Positions 1 to 12,235 of a DNA stretch of 64,000 nucleotides are shown in pieces; positions within the stretch are counted from its first letter, which is position 1, and every line of letters begins with the position of its first letter. Made by a program: the position numbers and the translations under genes. The notes under the pieces were generated by a model. It searched no databases. It saw nothing but the letters and a program-made list of their open reading frames with translations, and had not been told where the DNA came from. The stretch covers positions 7,883,080 through 7,947,079 of the forward strand of contig NC_068995.1 in assembly GCF_001194135.2 (NCBI RefSeq), written 5' to 3'. The stretch is from Octopus bimaculoides (Eukaryota).

Positions 1-113
1 GCCTCATAATGTATATATTCATCCCACTCATATATGTACAGACAGGACTAATAATTTAATAACCTGCAGGACACAGATTATTAGATTATTACCAATAATC
101 AAATAACCTCTAG

Positions 114-146
<33 letters not shown>

Positions 147-180
147 CCTCATCATCATTGTTGTTGTTGTTATTATTATT

Positions 181-1290
181 GAACTGGCAGAATTGTTAGC
201 ACGCTACACGAAATGCTCAGCGGTAGTTCGCCCGTCGCTACGTTCTGAGTTCAAAGTCCACCGATGTCGACTTTACCTGTCATCTTTTCAGAGTCGATAA
301 ACTAAGTACCAGTTGAGTACTGGGGTCGATGTAATCGACTATCCCCTTCCCCCAAAATTTCAGGCCGTGTGCCTATAATATAAATAATAATAATTATATT
401 GTTATTATTGTGGTGAGCTGGCAGAATCTTTAGCACGCCGTGCGAAATGCTTAGTGGTATTTCGTCTGCCGCTATGTTCTAAGTTAAAATTTCGCTGAGG
501 TCGACGTTGCCTTTCATCATTTCGGGCTCGATTAAATAAGTACCAGTTACACACTGGGTCGATGTGACTGACTTGCCCCCTCCCCGCAATTTTCCGCCCT
601 TGTGCCTATAATAGAAAGTATTATTATTGTCATTATTTTATTAAGGTGGGGAGCTGGCAGAATCGTTAGCATGCCGGGAGAAATGCTTAGCGGTATTTTG
701 TCTCTCTACGTTCAAATTCCTCCGAGGTCGACTTAGTTTATCGAACCTGAGAGGATGAAATGCTAAGTACCAGAGAAACACTGGTGTCGATGTAATCGAC
801 TATCTCCCCTCCCATAGATTTCAAGCCTTGTGCCTATGGTAGAAAGGATTATTATTATTATCACTCATGTTATTAGGTTGGCGAGCTAGCAGGATCGTTA
901 GAACGCTGGACGCAATGCTTAGCGGTATTGTGCCTGTTTTCTTTTTCTGGGTTCAAATTCTGCCGAGGTCGACTTTGCCTTTCATCTTTTCGTAATCGAT
1001 AAATGAGGTACTAGTGAAGGACTGGGATTAATGTAATCGTCTATCCCTTCCTCCAAATTTCAGGCTTTGTATTCTGTTCTACCGAAATAATACTATGGAA
1101 TATTATTATCATTACTATTATTATTACGCTGTTTACCTGGCAGAACATTTGGCATGCCGGGCGAGATCCTTAGCGGTATTTCATCTGCCGCTACGTTCTG
1201 AATCGAAATTCCACCGGGGTCGATAAATCAAGTACCCATGAAACACTGAAGTGGATGTAATCTATACATTCCCTCCCCCTGCCCGGTAAC
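181..1290 (+). mobile_element. Five head-to-tail copies of tRNA-derived SINE family 1
   Basis: Copies start near 181, 410, 645, 878 and 1135. Each has an A-box-like (gagc)TGGCAGAATCGTTAG, the first four a B-box-like GTTCAAA, a shared gtcgac core and a tail tgtgcctata(g)tagaaag followed by (ATT)n. Confidence 0.9.
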
Positions 1291-2569
1291 CCCTTCAATT
1301 ATTCTACTGTTCCCAAACCTTAGCTGGCGTTACAGCAACATACGGTCATATATCTAGGATAGTTTCCAAAAAAGAAAAGTCAGATCACTGACTGACAAGA
1401 CCAGTCCATTTTCTGTTATACTCTTGTGTTCTCTCTGCTCATATATTTTACCCAACGCTGGCTTCGTATTTAGCACTTCGCTAGGATTACTTCCGTACGC
1501 TATCATTAGATGCTATCATGGACTTAAAACCCATTACAGCTATGGGCACAGGTTAGTTTATGAGATATTCCAGTAAAATGTGATGGGGGAGATAGAAAGT
1601 ATTCCTTTTTATTATTATTTATGTTTAAACATGAATACTACACTTAAAATTGTGAATTAGTGAATCTGGAATTGTCTACGGACACAGTCTTCGTCTACAA
1701 TAATAACTGCATGAATATTACACAAAATTTTCATTAGGTATAAACTCTATCCATATTAACTTATTTTTATTGCTTTTACAGTGTTTTCAACGAGGTAGCT
1801 ATATAATGATGTTTCAATGTGGAGGGCATCGTAACTCAGCTAGCTGAGGTAAGCTACTGTTATTGGTCAAAGCGACCCTGTTACGTACAATTCCTAGTTG
1901 AAGCCGAAATAAAGTAATCTCGTTGCTAATGCATCGGATAAAAGCTACAACATTAGAACGATCCATAATAACGTTGACTTAAATTAATAACTTTTACGCT
2001 ACATGAAAAATAGAGGAATAAAATAAATTCAATATTATGATACAAAAACAAGAAAAGCAAAAGTAAAAGAATTGCATAAACAGAACAACAACAAAAAAAA
2101 GCAGCAGGTAAAAATAAAAACAAATACAACAAATAAAGAACTATAAAAACAGCTAAAGAAAACAAGAAATAAGAAAATGCATAAATTAATGAAACGGAAA
2201 ATTAAAAACTTGAGATATTTTTCTCATTCTTTTTTGTTCCGGAAGCTGAATTCGAATGCTTTTCATGTTGGAACGCCATTTTTTTTTATTTATTATTTAG
2301 CGTGTAATAGTTTTGGTCGAAAAAGAGTAATTTAATAAATGCGATTATTATTTTTTTTATTTTATCACCAACTCTGCCCTGATTGATTTAAAGTGCTGAT
2401 CGAATGAACTTAAAAAAAAACTGATGAAAGAAAGAAGATAAATGATAGAAAAGATATGAAATAATGCTGAGTTCAAAAGGATTCCAACCGTGACCGTCCC
2501 AACAATAATTGTCTAAATTCTATCTTAATTTAGAAATTATCTAATGCATCTTTACTTTAGCTAAGATGA

Positions 2570-3470
2570 TGGGTGTATTATGAGATTACTGAATATCAAG
2601 TATCTCGCGGCTGTATTCATGAAGGATTGGAGGCAGGAAGTTTCTTTGGACGCTAAATGCTGGTACTGGCCCAGAATTCGCCAGCTCAAGCATTCTGGAT
2701 TCAGAAAAGACAGGTTTTCATGCATATCCCTACCAATTGTATAAATGTTATGAAATGACAACGAGTACAATCGCGAATACACACGGCCGAAATGGTGTTC
2801 GCCTGAAGGATTTCTGGAGTGAAGTTAGGCGACAGTGCGCATAACTCGGAGATCAAGGATGAAGCACACCTTACACGTCGAGTCGCTACTTCTCCACATT
2901 GAGCGGTCACAGGTTTGATACTTCGGACATGTGATTGCAAGATGGGATCTTCAAGACGATCCATAGGTGACAGTGACTTGGATGTTTTAGCTTAGTACAT
3001 GACGAAACTGGTACAACGAAACTTCGTATACACGATCAATCTTCTCCTTTTATATATGTATACACATAAATATATCTATGTACGCATGCATGTTATGTAT
3101 ATATATATGTATGTATATATATATCAGAGGCGATGACAGATATTGCTCGGCCAGTCGGTCTCCTCTGCATATCGACTGGGAGAGTAATGCCTGTCATCGC
3201 CACAAATGGAGGAAGCAGATTAAGGAGGGGGTCAACACTTTTGAAATAGCACTTAATCTTCAAGAAGAATTTAAACGTGCTGCTCGAAGGCGCACTGCTA
3301 GCATAGGGAATGGCGGAAAGTTCGGTTTGCAATGTTTGCAGTGGTGTATGCTTATCAAGAGCAGGGCTCTTTAGCCACCGACGGAGCCGCAAATGCAAAC
3401 GATAAGTTTTCCTAGAGCGCACAATGTTGCTAAATGCCATCAATATTCTTCCTCGGTCACGGGTGGACAG
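2570..3470 (+). mobile_element. Decayed RTE-clade LINE, 3' part (end of RT through the C-terminal Cys/His tail)
   Basis: Frameshifted segments KYL..CI, EMVFA*RISGVK, RL*YFGHV, KLRIHD, then IDWESNACHRHKWRKQIKEGVNTFE...C..C...AGLFSHRR. Split by TA-rich sequence at about 3050-3125. Confidence 0.75.
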
Positions 3471-4138
3471 CCGTCATATAATATATATGTATGTATATAT
3501 GAAGAGAGCGAGTGACGGAGAGTGGCACAGGCAGGTGCAGGGGATGTGTTACAAAATGGCGTCGCACATGTAAAGTCCTCCGATTCAGCGTTCTATGTGT
3601 AACATTAAAAAAAAATCAGAACAGTTTCAGTCCATTCTTATCCATGGTGCTAAAGAATCGGATTAATGTTGTTACATTGTACATTTTATATTATAATTTA
3701 AATAATACTCTCTCGTTTACATGTTAACTTACAATGGAGACTGGGAAGCATTATGTATGCAATTTTTTGTAGTATCCAAAACATAAGTATTATAAATGCG
3801 GAAAATAGTTGTATTTTTATTCGTTTTATTTTCTTTTTTTGTTACTATTTCCATCAATATCAGTGAATAATCAGAGGATCCCTCATTTCCTGGTTTAAAT
3901 TGAATTTAGTTTGGAGAGAGAGTAAAAGAAGTTAAACGTGTTTTGTTAATACGCGTAAAATATAATGCTGAATATCATAAAACGTTATTATCGGTTTTAA
4001 TCTATGATCTCATTCTTTTTTTTATAAATATATAAGTTTCATCTACTTAACAGTTTTAATGCTTCGCGCATTTATTTATGCATGAATAATTCGAACTGAC
4101 ACTATATATGTTTATGTATGTATACACACACAAACACA

Positions 4139-4196
<58 letters not shown>

Positions 4197-4879
4197 ATAA
4201 TGTTTCATAATTGACTACGCATCAGGCTCCGCCAATTCTTTTCTTTTTACATAAATCCTGATACTAAAACAAATAAAAATTCCAACAATGATCAGCCATT
4301 CTTAAAATACGAAAATGGGAAAACGAAAGTAAGAAACACGTAAGCATATTCAAACAATAAAAAAAAAAACGAATATAAATCAACAAGAATGGAATTATGG
4401 AACGAGAGAAATACTAAAAACATAAAAAAGAGAATGAGATACAAAAGAAAACTATACACGATTTACATTTAAAAGAAGCAACATTTTCCTTTTAACGACG
4501 AGACGTTTTGGTTCTTAAGAATTGTTGCAGAAATAATTATACTGGTTCACGGTTTTGAAACTTTGTTTCGTGAAATGGATGAAGACCACAGCATCACTTT
4601 TGTATTTGCGTTTAGATCATGGTATATCAAATTTGTGTGGTATACAATGAAGATTATATCATGCAAGATCCTCCTATCACTGTCAATTATGCAATTCTCA
4701 TGTAGATATATACATACATACACGCACACATATATGAGTATATCATATGCATATATATATATATATATATATATACATACACACACACACACACACATAC
4801 ATGTATATGCATATGTAAACCCATATATATAACTATATATATATATATATATATACACACACATACATATATATGTATA

Positions 4880-4918
<39 letters not shown>

Positions 4919-4964
4919 GTATATATATGTATGTATATGTATAGATATGTATATGCATATATAG

Positions 4965-5011
<47 letters not shown>

Positions 5012-5586
5012 CCAATCTCGCGTAAACGTTTGATATATTCGACCCAATCAACAAAATTATATTACTATATTCTGTAATCACTAAAATAAAGTCAGAAAAT
5101 AATAACATAAAAACACACAAATTTATTTCTAATTAGCTAGTTAACTATTCTAACGCTTCCTTTACCATTCTTTTTCATGTAGATAGTATTTTGAAATAAT
5201 TATTTATCTGCCTTTTTATTTCTTATAAATATTCAATTTTTCATTTCACTCACGCTTAAAATTTCATGCGCTCTCTTTGATTGTTTCATCAACACTTGAG
5301 ATTGTACGCTGATGTGAACTAGTCACTGACGCTGTGGAAGTACATCGAAGCATGTCAAAAGTTGTCAAGAGTTTGCTTTAATTATTAAGATGTCATTGGA
5401 CGTTGAACTTATATGAGATTGTTAAAAAACTGTCCCATGCACAAAACTATTATCGAAGAACATTTGTTTTTGTGATGGCTAATACCACGATTTATTTTTA
5501 TCGTTTACTTTTTTAGTTATAGGGCTTTGAACATACTTTCGCACCACCTTGAAAGGGATATTCGTAACTTTATCATTATTATTAGT

Positions 5587-6020
5587 GCGGCAAGCTGCCA
5601 GAATCGTTAACACGCAGAGAAAAATGCATATCGATATTTCACCCGTCACTTCGTTCTGAGTTCAAATTCCGCTGAGGTCGACTTTGGCTGTCATCTTTCC
5701 GGGATCGTTAAATTAAGCACCAGTTGAATACTGGGACGATGTAATCGATTATCCCTCTCCCCATCCATATCTCAGGCGTTGTGCCTATAGTAGAAAGGAG
5801 TATTATTATTATTATTGAGCTGATAGAATCGTTACCGCACCTGGCAAAATGCTTAGCGCCATTTGGATTTGAGTTCAAATTCAGCCGGGGCTGAGTTTAC
5901 TTTTCATCCTTTCGGAGTCATTAAAATCAGTACCAGTTGTATACTGGAATCGACGTATTCGACTAACCCCACCCTCGCCCCCAAATTTCAGACCCTGTGT
6001 CTATAGTAGAAAGGAGTACT
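5587..6020 (+). mobile_element. Two tandem SINE family 1 copies
   Basis: Same head, core and tail motifs, separated by (ATT)n at about 5800. Confidence 0.85.
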
Positions 6021-6273
6021 ACCACTACTACTACAAATATTACTGTAGCAAAGCTGTGATCGTATGACGTAGCAAGGAGGTAATTACCAGCAATTAGGCA
6101 TCAAAATTAGTCACGCTCGTCTTTAAAAGGAAACGAAAAAAACACACGGAATTCTGTGATAAAGTACAAAAACCAAAGTACACAAATATATAAATGACGA
6201 CATCGAATAAAATTAAAAACATTAAGGTTCCGTTTGTCGATCGTGCTGCATAATGTTTGGTTAATGATGTTAG

Positions 6274-6374
6274 TTAAGCGTACATTGATATGAATGTTAA
6301 TGTGAGTTTAGTGGTGTATGATGAGCAACTGTGTATTGAGCCTGAACTTCCTCTTGTGGCAATGGCGCTGGAAT
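6274..6374 (-). CDS. Candidate terminal coding exon
   Basis: tatttgctatatttcag|ATTCC, with about 187 nt of AG-free pyrimidine tract upstream. Phase 1 reads (D)SSAIATRGSSGSIHSCSSYTTKLTLTFISMYA*; phase 0 reads IPAPLPQEEVQAQYTVAHHTPLNSH*. Confidence 0.45.
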
Positions 6375-6726
6375 CTGAAATATAGCAAATAGACGGAATA
6401 CATGCAATATATTTGGTTAGAGACAGATAAATAGATAGATAGATAGATAGGGAGAGAAGAGAAGGAGCGTTTTGAGAGATAAAGAGAAAGGAAAGGTTAA
6501 CAAAGAGAAAGAGGGAGTGAAAGAGTAACGAAGAGAAAGAATAAAATGGTATTAAAATAGAGACTGATATATCTCAATGTACACACACACACACATATAT
6601 GTATGTATATATATATGTATATATAAACTCATATATGCGTGTATGTATTTATAAGTATATATATATATATATATATAATAGTGACACTTCGTTGATAAAA
6701 CGCTCGTTGAAACACAAACACGTTAC

Positions 6727-6750
6727 ATGGTCAAAGCTGCCCTTTGTCTC
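6727..6750 (-). CDS. Candidate 24-nt exon (GDKGQL* in phase 1; ETKGSFDH in phase 0)
   Basis: tgcttttctttgcag|GAGAC...GACCAT|gtaacg. About 80 nt AG-free upstream containing TACTAAT. Confidence 0.4.
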
Positions 6751-7443
6751 CTGCAAAGAAAAGCAGATTATCCGGTTTTTAAAAAAAAATTGTTTAAAGC
6801 AGTTAATATTGGATTAGTAGAAATTATGTTTTCCTGATGCAGAGGCGTTTGCAATTGTAGTTACTAGTTTCCACAGCTTATGTAATAGCAAAGAAAATTC
6901 AAATATATATCGTACATTATTTAGCGCAAATTTAAAACTGCTTTTATTCTAAATTTATGGAAATGACCGATACGTATACTTTCTCTAAACCTTTTGTCGT
7001 TTATCTGTGTATCTGTATGTTTGTGTGTGTGTGTGTCTGTGTGTTTGCCTCACTGCCTGGCTGTATGTATCCGGTTAGATAAATATAATATAAACTGTGT
7101 AATATATACTATGATTTAAATCAAAATAAGCAACAACGATATCGAGAGGTAATGCAGTACGATAATTCCAAGCAACTCAATTTAAATAAACAATGCAAAC
7201 ACTACATTAGTTATTAGTACAAAGTTATTAGTATTAATCCGACTCTCTCAGCCCTATTCATAACAGACATTGCTCTTTTTCTATGCCCTTACCTCCTTGG
7301 AGATTTTAAGTAAAATTATATTGCATCCATCTGTTTTAATTTAATTAAATTCTATGTCTCAACTGAGGATTGCTCTGCATTTAAATTGATGTAACGCTTG
7401 CATTGTTCAATTAAATGGAGTTACTTGAAACGTACTGCATTAC

Positions 7444-7481
7444 CTCCGGATATCCTTGTTCCTCATCTTGATTGTAATCAC
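7444..7481 (-). CDS. Candidate 38-nt exon
   Basis: ctttcaaaataag|GTGAT...CCGGAG|gtaatg. Phase 1-0 reads (G)DYNQDEEQGYPE. Acceptor is weak. Confidence 0.25.
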
Positions 7482-7491
7482 CTTATTTTGA

Positions 7492-7525
<34 letters not shown>

Positions 7526-9098
7526 ACATGCATAGACGTATATCTAAATACCTGTATATATGTGTGGGTGTATCTAAGTCTGTACTTATGCATGTTCATA
7601 TTTGCATTTCAGTACCTTTGCATCTGTGCATACGGTTATATATAAACGCAAGCATTGCTAGTCTGTATCCCAGTTTGCTCCATTAGATCATTAGCAATAC
7701 TGCCTGTACTATTATAGATTATAAACACATTAACCTACTACTTTCATATCTCGGATAATTCATCTGTCCCACTAATTTTTAATATCCTTCACATGTGATA
7801 GCAATGTTTCATTTCTAAAACTCAAACAATTGTTACAAGTGTCGACAAATATAAAATTGCCAGCATCCATTTTGTCTCCTATCTTTCTATTCAGATAATT
7901 CCGTTTCGTTAAATTTGCATTTAATCCATAAACTCAAATATAGGAAATAGGTATTCTTTTTGTACTTATAGGTGTGTGTGTGTGTGTGTGCGTGTGTGTG
8001 TGTGCGTGTGCGTGTGCGTGTGCGGAGACGTAGAAACACCCACACACACACTTGGAAATAATATTAAATTCACTAAAAGGAATATATATATATGTGTGGT
8101 GGTATTTGTGTGTGCAAGTTTGAGTATTTAGCGATTGATTGCATGTGTTAGTTTTCGGCAAAAGGTTACTAAATACCAAAATATTGAAGGAGATATGTTT
8201 ATCTCTCCAGGATCACACACACATAATATATAAACGCATATGTGAATATATCTGTAATCAAAGCATCATAAAGAAGGGGAATTATATATTCTAAATACGT
8301 TGGTGAAAGTATTATTCTCATCAAATGCCAACCCAACACGTGTTTCTGCTGGACACGTGACCTAGTGCCGTTTGTAAATCATTCATGTGCGTTTAGTTCG
8401 TTCAAATTTAAATCATTTATTTCACATTTGTATCGAAGTTAAATATTCCCATGCTGTACTCGGACTTGAACTCAGGTATACGCCAATTAGATCTCTTTAC
8501 CACGCGGCTTGAGTATTTACTCTTAGTAATTTGTAATTTTGTAAATTTAATTGAATTTCTAACCAAAAGAAATTTATGTCAGTCGTTTCTGTTACTATTC
8601 CCTTGTGACCCGGAATCTCTATTTTGGAAATGGTATTTATATAAATAGTGCAAACTTGTAATATGAAGAAGAGACATTACGTAGTCTGGATGATTATAAC
8701 ATAATCATATAAACATTAATTAAGTAGAGATATTTGGACTCTTAATTATATATTATACGACGCACATAACATTGGTAATTAAAAATATATTGCACATCAT
8801 AATTACTGACATGGAATTGTTAATCAATGATTTTTTACAACATGTAATTGCAGAAAAATATTTTAAAATCATCCTAGGATATTTGTTATAGATTATATAT
8901 TGATTAATTATTAGTTGTGTATATGGTAAATAAAAATGTTTTAGTAAGTCACATATTGTATGTAATAGAAGTAAAAAGTGCAGTGCAGAACAGATAAATA
9001 TATACAATTATATGAATATTTACAATTGCTAACCATTGAGATCATATTAGCAATAATTTTAGCTAAACGTCAGTATAAATTGTTTCATTTTATCTTAC

Positions 9099-9167
9099 CT
9101 CGAGGTCTGGGTGGTAATGGAGGAGTAGGTCTAACTGTCGTCGTGGGTGGAAGAATTTGTACGGATT
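9099..9167 (-). CDS. Pro/Thr-rich exon (69 nt)
   Basis: tttttcattttacttgcag|AATCC...CCTCGAG|gtaaga, strong sites at both ends. Phase 1-1 reads (E)SVQILPPTTTVRPTPPLPPRPR. GC-rich island in AT-rich intron. Confidence 0.75.
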
Positions 9168-9807
9168 CTGCAAGTAAAATGAAAAATATAATTAAGTATT
9201 GGTTTGTTTTTTGGAAAGGTTTCTCCAGACGGATGATATACTCTAATTAATACTTAATAAATACTATTTATTTGCTCTAACAGCCCATTCTATATTTAAC
9301 AAGGTCACAACTTTCAGTGTATCTAGGTCAAGCCAAAACTTTAGTACTCTATAGGAAGTTATTCAGTTTTGTTCAATTAAATTGAGTACTGCAAATGATA
9401 TAGAAATATCTGCGCATTGTAAAGTGCTACTGTAGTATCCATCGATAAATACGCGAATGTACCTACGCGCACATAAATATATATACATGAAGATACATGA
9501 ACCTACATGGAAATATAAGCATGGCAAATGTAACTATTGTTCCTAGATTGAAAAAAATTATAAGCAGTCTTGCGAACCGTCTTGGATTCTCATCAGAGGA
9601 ACCTGTATCATTTGACGGATTCTAGGAAAGGAAGCAAGGAATGTGATTGTATACTCAACAAATCCAAAATCTTCTGCGAAATGGAGTTATTAGTTTGCAT
9701 ACCATAAGTGCTTCACTCTTTATTTTAATACCAGCGTCCAGGCAACGGGAATCTCATTCCACACAGCATCATGGCATGATATATGTAAACCTACGTACTA
9801 TATACAT

Positions 9808-9865
<58 letters not shown>

Positions 9866-10382
9866 NNNNNNNNNNNNNNNNNNNNNNNNNNNNNNNNNNN
9901 NNNNNNNNNNNNNNNNNNNNNNNNNNNNNNNNNNNNNNNNNNNNNNNNNNNNNNNNNNNNNNNNNNNNNNNNNNNNNNNNNNNNNNNNNNNNNNNNNNNN
10001 NNNNNNNNNNNNNNNNNNNNNNNNNNNNNNNNNNNNNNNNNNNNNNNNNNNNNNNNNNNNNNNNNNNNNNNNNNNNNNNNNNNNNNNNNNNNNNNNNNNN
10101 NNNNNNNNNNNNNNNNNNNNNNNNNNNNNNNNNNNNNNNNNNNNNNNNNNNNNNNNNNNNNNNNNNNNNNNNNNNNNNNNNNNNNNNNNNNNNNNNNNNN
10201 NNNNNNNNNNNNNNNNNNNNNNNNNNNNNNNNNNNNNNNNNNNNNNNNNNNNNNNNNNNNNNNNNNNNNNNNNNNNNNNNNNNNNNNNNNNNNNNNNNNN
10301 NNNNNNNNNNNNNNNNNNNNNNNNNNNNNNNNNNNNNNNNNNNNNNNNNNNNNNNNNNNNNNNNNNNNNNNNNNNNNNNNNN
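9866..10382. other. Assembly gap (N). Others at 13335-13442, 13972-13981, 14574-14885, 23569-23668, 26310-26319, 42186-42532, 43477-43544, 44544-44553, 61330-61339
   Basis: Runs of N, nearly all flanked by simple repeats; small exons could be hidden in them. Confidence 0.99.
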
Positions 10383-10451
<69 letters not shown>

Positions 10452-10879
10452 CACATACACACACACACACACATACACACATGCTCCCACGGTAGGTCCA
10501 CCAGCTCTCCTAAGGTTTCCACCGATCATTAGATGTGGTCGGTTTGAGCAATTGTTCTACACAAAAATTTCCCTTGCTAGCAATCGGAGGCACTGATATA
10601 AATGAATAACTACAAATGAAAAAAGTTCACGGAAACTAAGAGGAGCCGATGACAACGACGCCGAAGGACAATATATACATACATACGTTTACAAACGTGT
10701 ATACTAGCATGCTTACCTACCTCAATGCATACATACATACCTACGTGCGCACACGCATGCAAATCTCTGCACCTACTGATCTAGATACATGCTGAGACGC
10801 TAGTCGACAGCATTTATGTGTATATGAAGAGAGATAAGCAGAGAGAGGAAGAGAGTCAAACGTTCGTGTAATATGATAT

Positions 10880-11065
10880 ATATATATATATATATATATC
10901 ATATTACATTATAGATATATAATATATGTATGCACATATATCATATTACGATATAGATATATATATATATATATGTATATATATCATATTACGATATAGA
11001 TATATATATATATATATGTATATATATCATATTACAATATAGATATATACATGTATATATACATA
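10880..11065. repeat. Minisatellite, unit of about 42 bp (atatcatattacgatatagat(at)n gtat), 3-4 copies
   Basis: Tandem copies are visible directly. Confidence 0.8.
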
Positions 11066-11233
11066 TATATATATTTGTAAATTTATCACAGGAAGCTATT
11101 CATTGAAATTACAATGAAAACGTTCTTCAATCAAGTAGTTGGTTATACTTCTGATTGCACGTAATGAGGAAGCACAGTTTTGCTACAGCATGACCGCAAG
11201 CTCTGGTTGGAACCTTTAGAAGAGTAAAGTTAC

Positions 11234-11304
11234 CTGTATGAATCGTTAAGTTAGCATGCATGAATCTACTAAAAATGTTAGGTCTAGTGCATACAACATC
11301 AGCA
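11234..11304 (-). CDS. Candidate 71-nt exon
   Basis: ctacatttttttatag|TGCTG...CATACAG|gtaact. The only frame open across the whole exon and ending in phase 1 (phase 2-1) reads ADVVCTRPNIFSRFMHANLTIHT, with an N-L-T sequon. Confidence 0.5.
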
Positions 11305-12006
11305 CTATAAAAAAATGTAGAGATAAAGACAAGCAGATCATCTTAAAACGTAAACAAAATCTTTGAGGCCCTGATTTAAAGATTTCAGACCAGAAAAGCA
11401 CTAGACAGAGCACATATTTTAAGCTGGTACCCAAGGCTGACATCCCTTTCGAGCTGTCTTATTGCCCATTATCCGTTAGCTCTTGTTGGACGTATGCAAA
11501 AGTTCAAAACATATATCAGCAGGCACTTATTGATGATATAAATATTTAAATCTGAATGATAATGGTATAGGCAAAAAGAATACCACAAGAATATTTCTCT
11601 CTCGTATCACTGAAAAACAGGCGGCTTATGGATTGGCAGAATGTAATTACAGGTAACGTTCTAAATGATATCTGAGATTAATCGATATTTAATTAGATTC
11701 TCGTCATTTCTTTGTAAATTTTGTGGGGTTTAGGACCGGAAAATATACAAGTAAAATTGAATTCTCACAAAAGGCAGGTCTCACTAAACGTTAGTGTCAC
11801 GGTGTGCAACTCTTTCAACGATATCTCTATATATCTGAAGAACTTGTTTAATATCGAGCGTAATACTCAACGGAGTCGATTCAAGACATACACACACACA
11901 TAAACACACATGCACAGACACACATCATTCTCTCTCTCTCTCTCTCTTTTTCTTTCTCCCTGTCTACCTCTCTCTCTCACGCTGTCACTCTCTCTTTCTC
12001 TTCATT

Positions 12007-12043
<37 letters not shown>

Positions 12044-12046
<3 letters not shown>

Positions 12047-12235
12047 TGACCGTTGACTGAACACTATTCAATTTTTTTCTCCGTGTTTTTCTCCTTGTCT
12101 CCGTATTCTTTCTGTTGAAGAGCGTAGCTCGAAACGTCAAAGACTTTCCGTATTCCCGAGCGTCATACTAATACATCCTTTTGTTATTTACACCACCTGT
12201 CCTCGTCTGTTGTTGTTTTTTCGTACATTCTCCCA
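12044..12235 (+). mobile_element. Penelope-like terminal repeat with minimal hammerhead motif
   Basis: TCTTT-CTGTTGA-A-GAGC(GTA)GCTC-GAAAC-GTC-AAAGA at 12107-12143. The downstream ttcccgagcgtc..ctaatac is shared with copies at about 17380 and 59350. Confidence 0.6.

Noticed and set aside
181-1290. Regularly spaced repeats that could suggest a CRISPR array
   Set aside because: Units are about 200-bp SINEs with Pol III boxes in eukaryotic DNA; there are no short repeat/spacer units and no cas genes.
3552-3575. YY1-like CAAAATGGCG motif, or a Kozak-like start ATGGCGTCG
   Set aside because: The ORF closes after five codons, and there is no CpG island or other promoter evidence.
4547-5120. Many 60-280 aa ORFs reading [12 protein letters not shown] here and throughout the window, including those spanning N gaps
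   Set aside because: They are translations of (TA)n, (CA)n and (TACA)n microsatellites or N runs, which lack stop codons.
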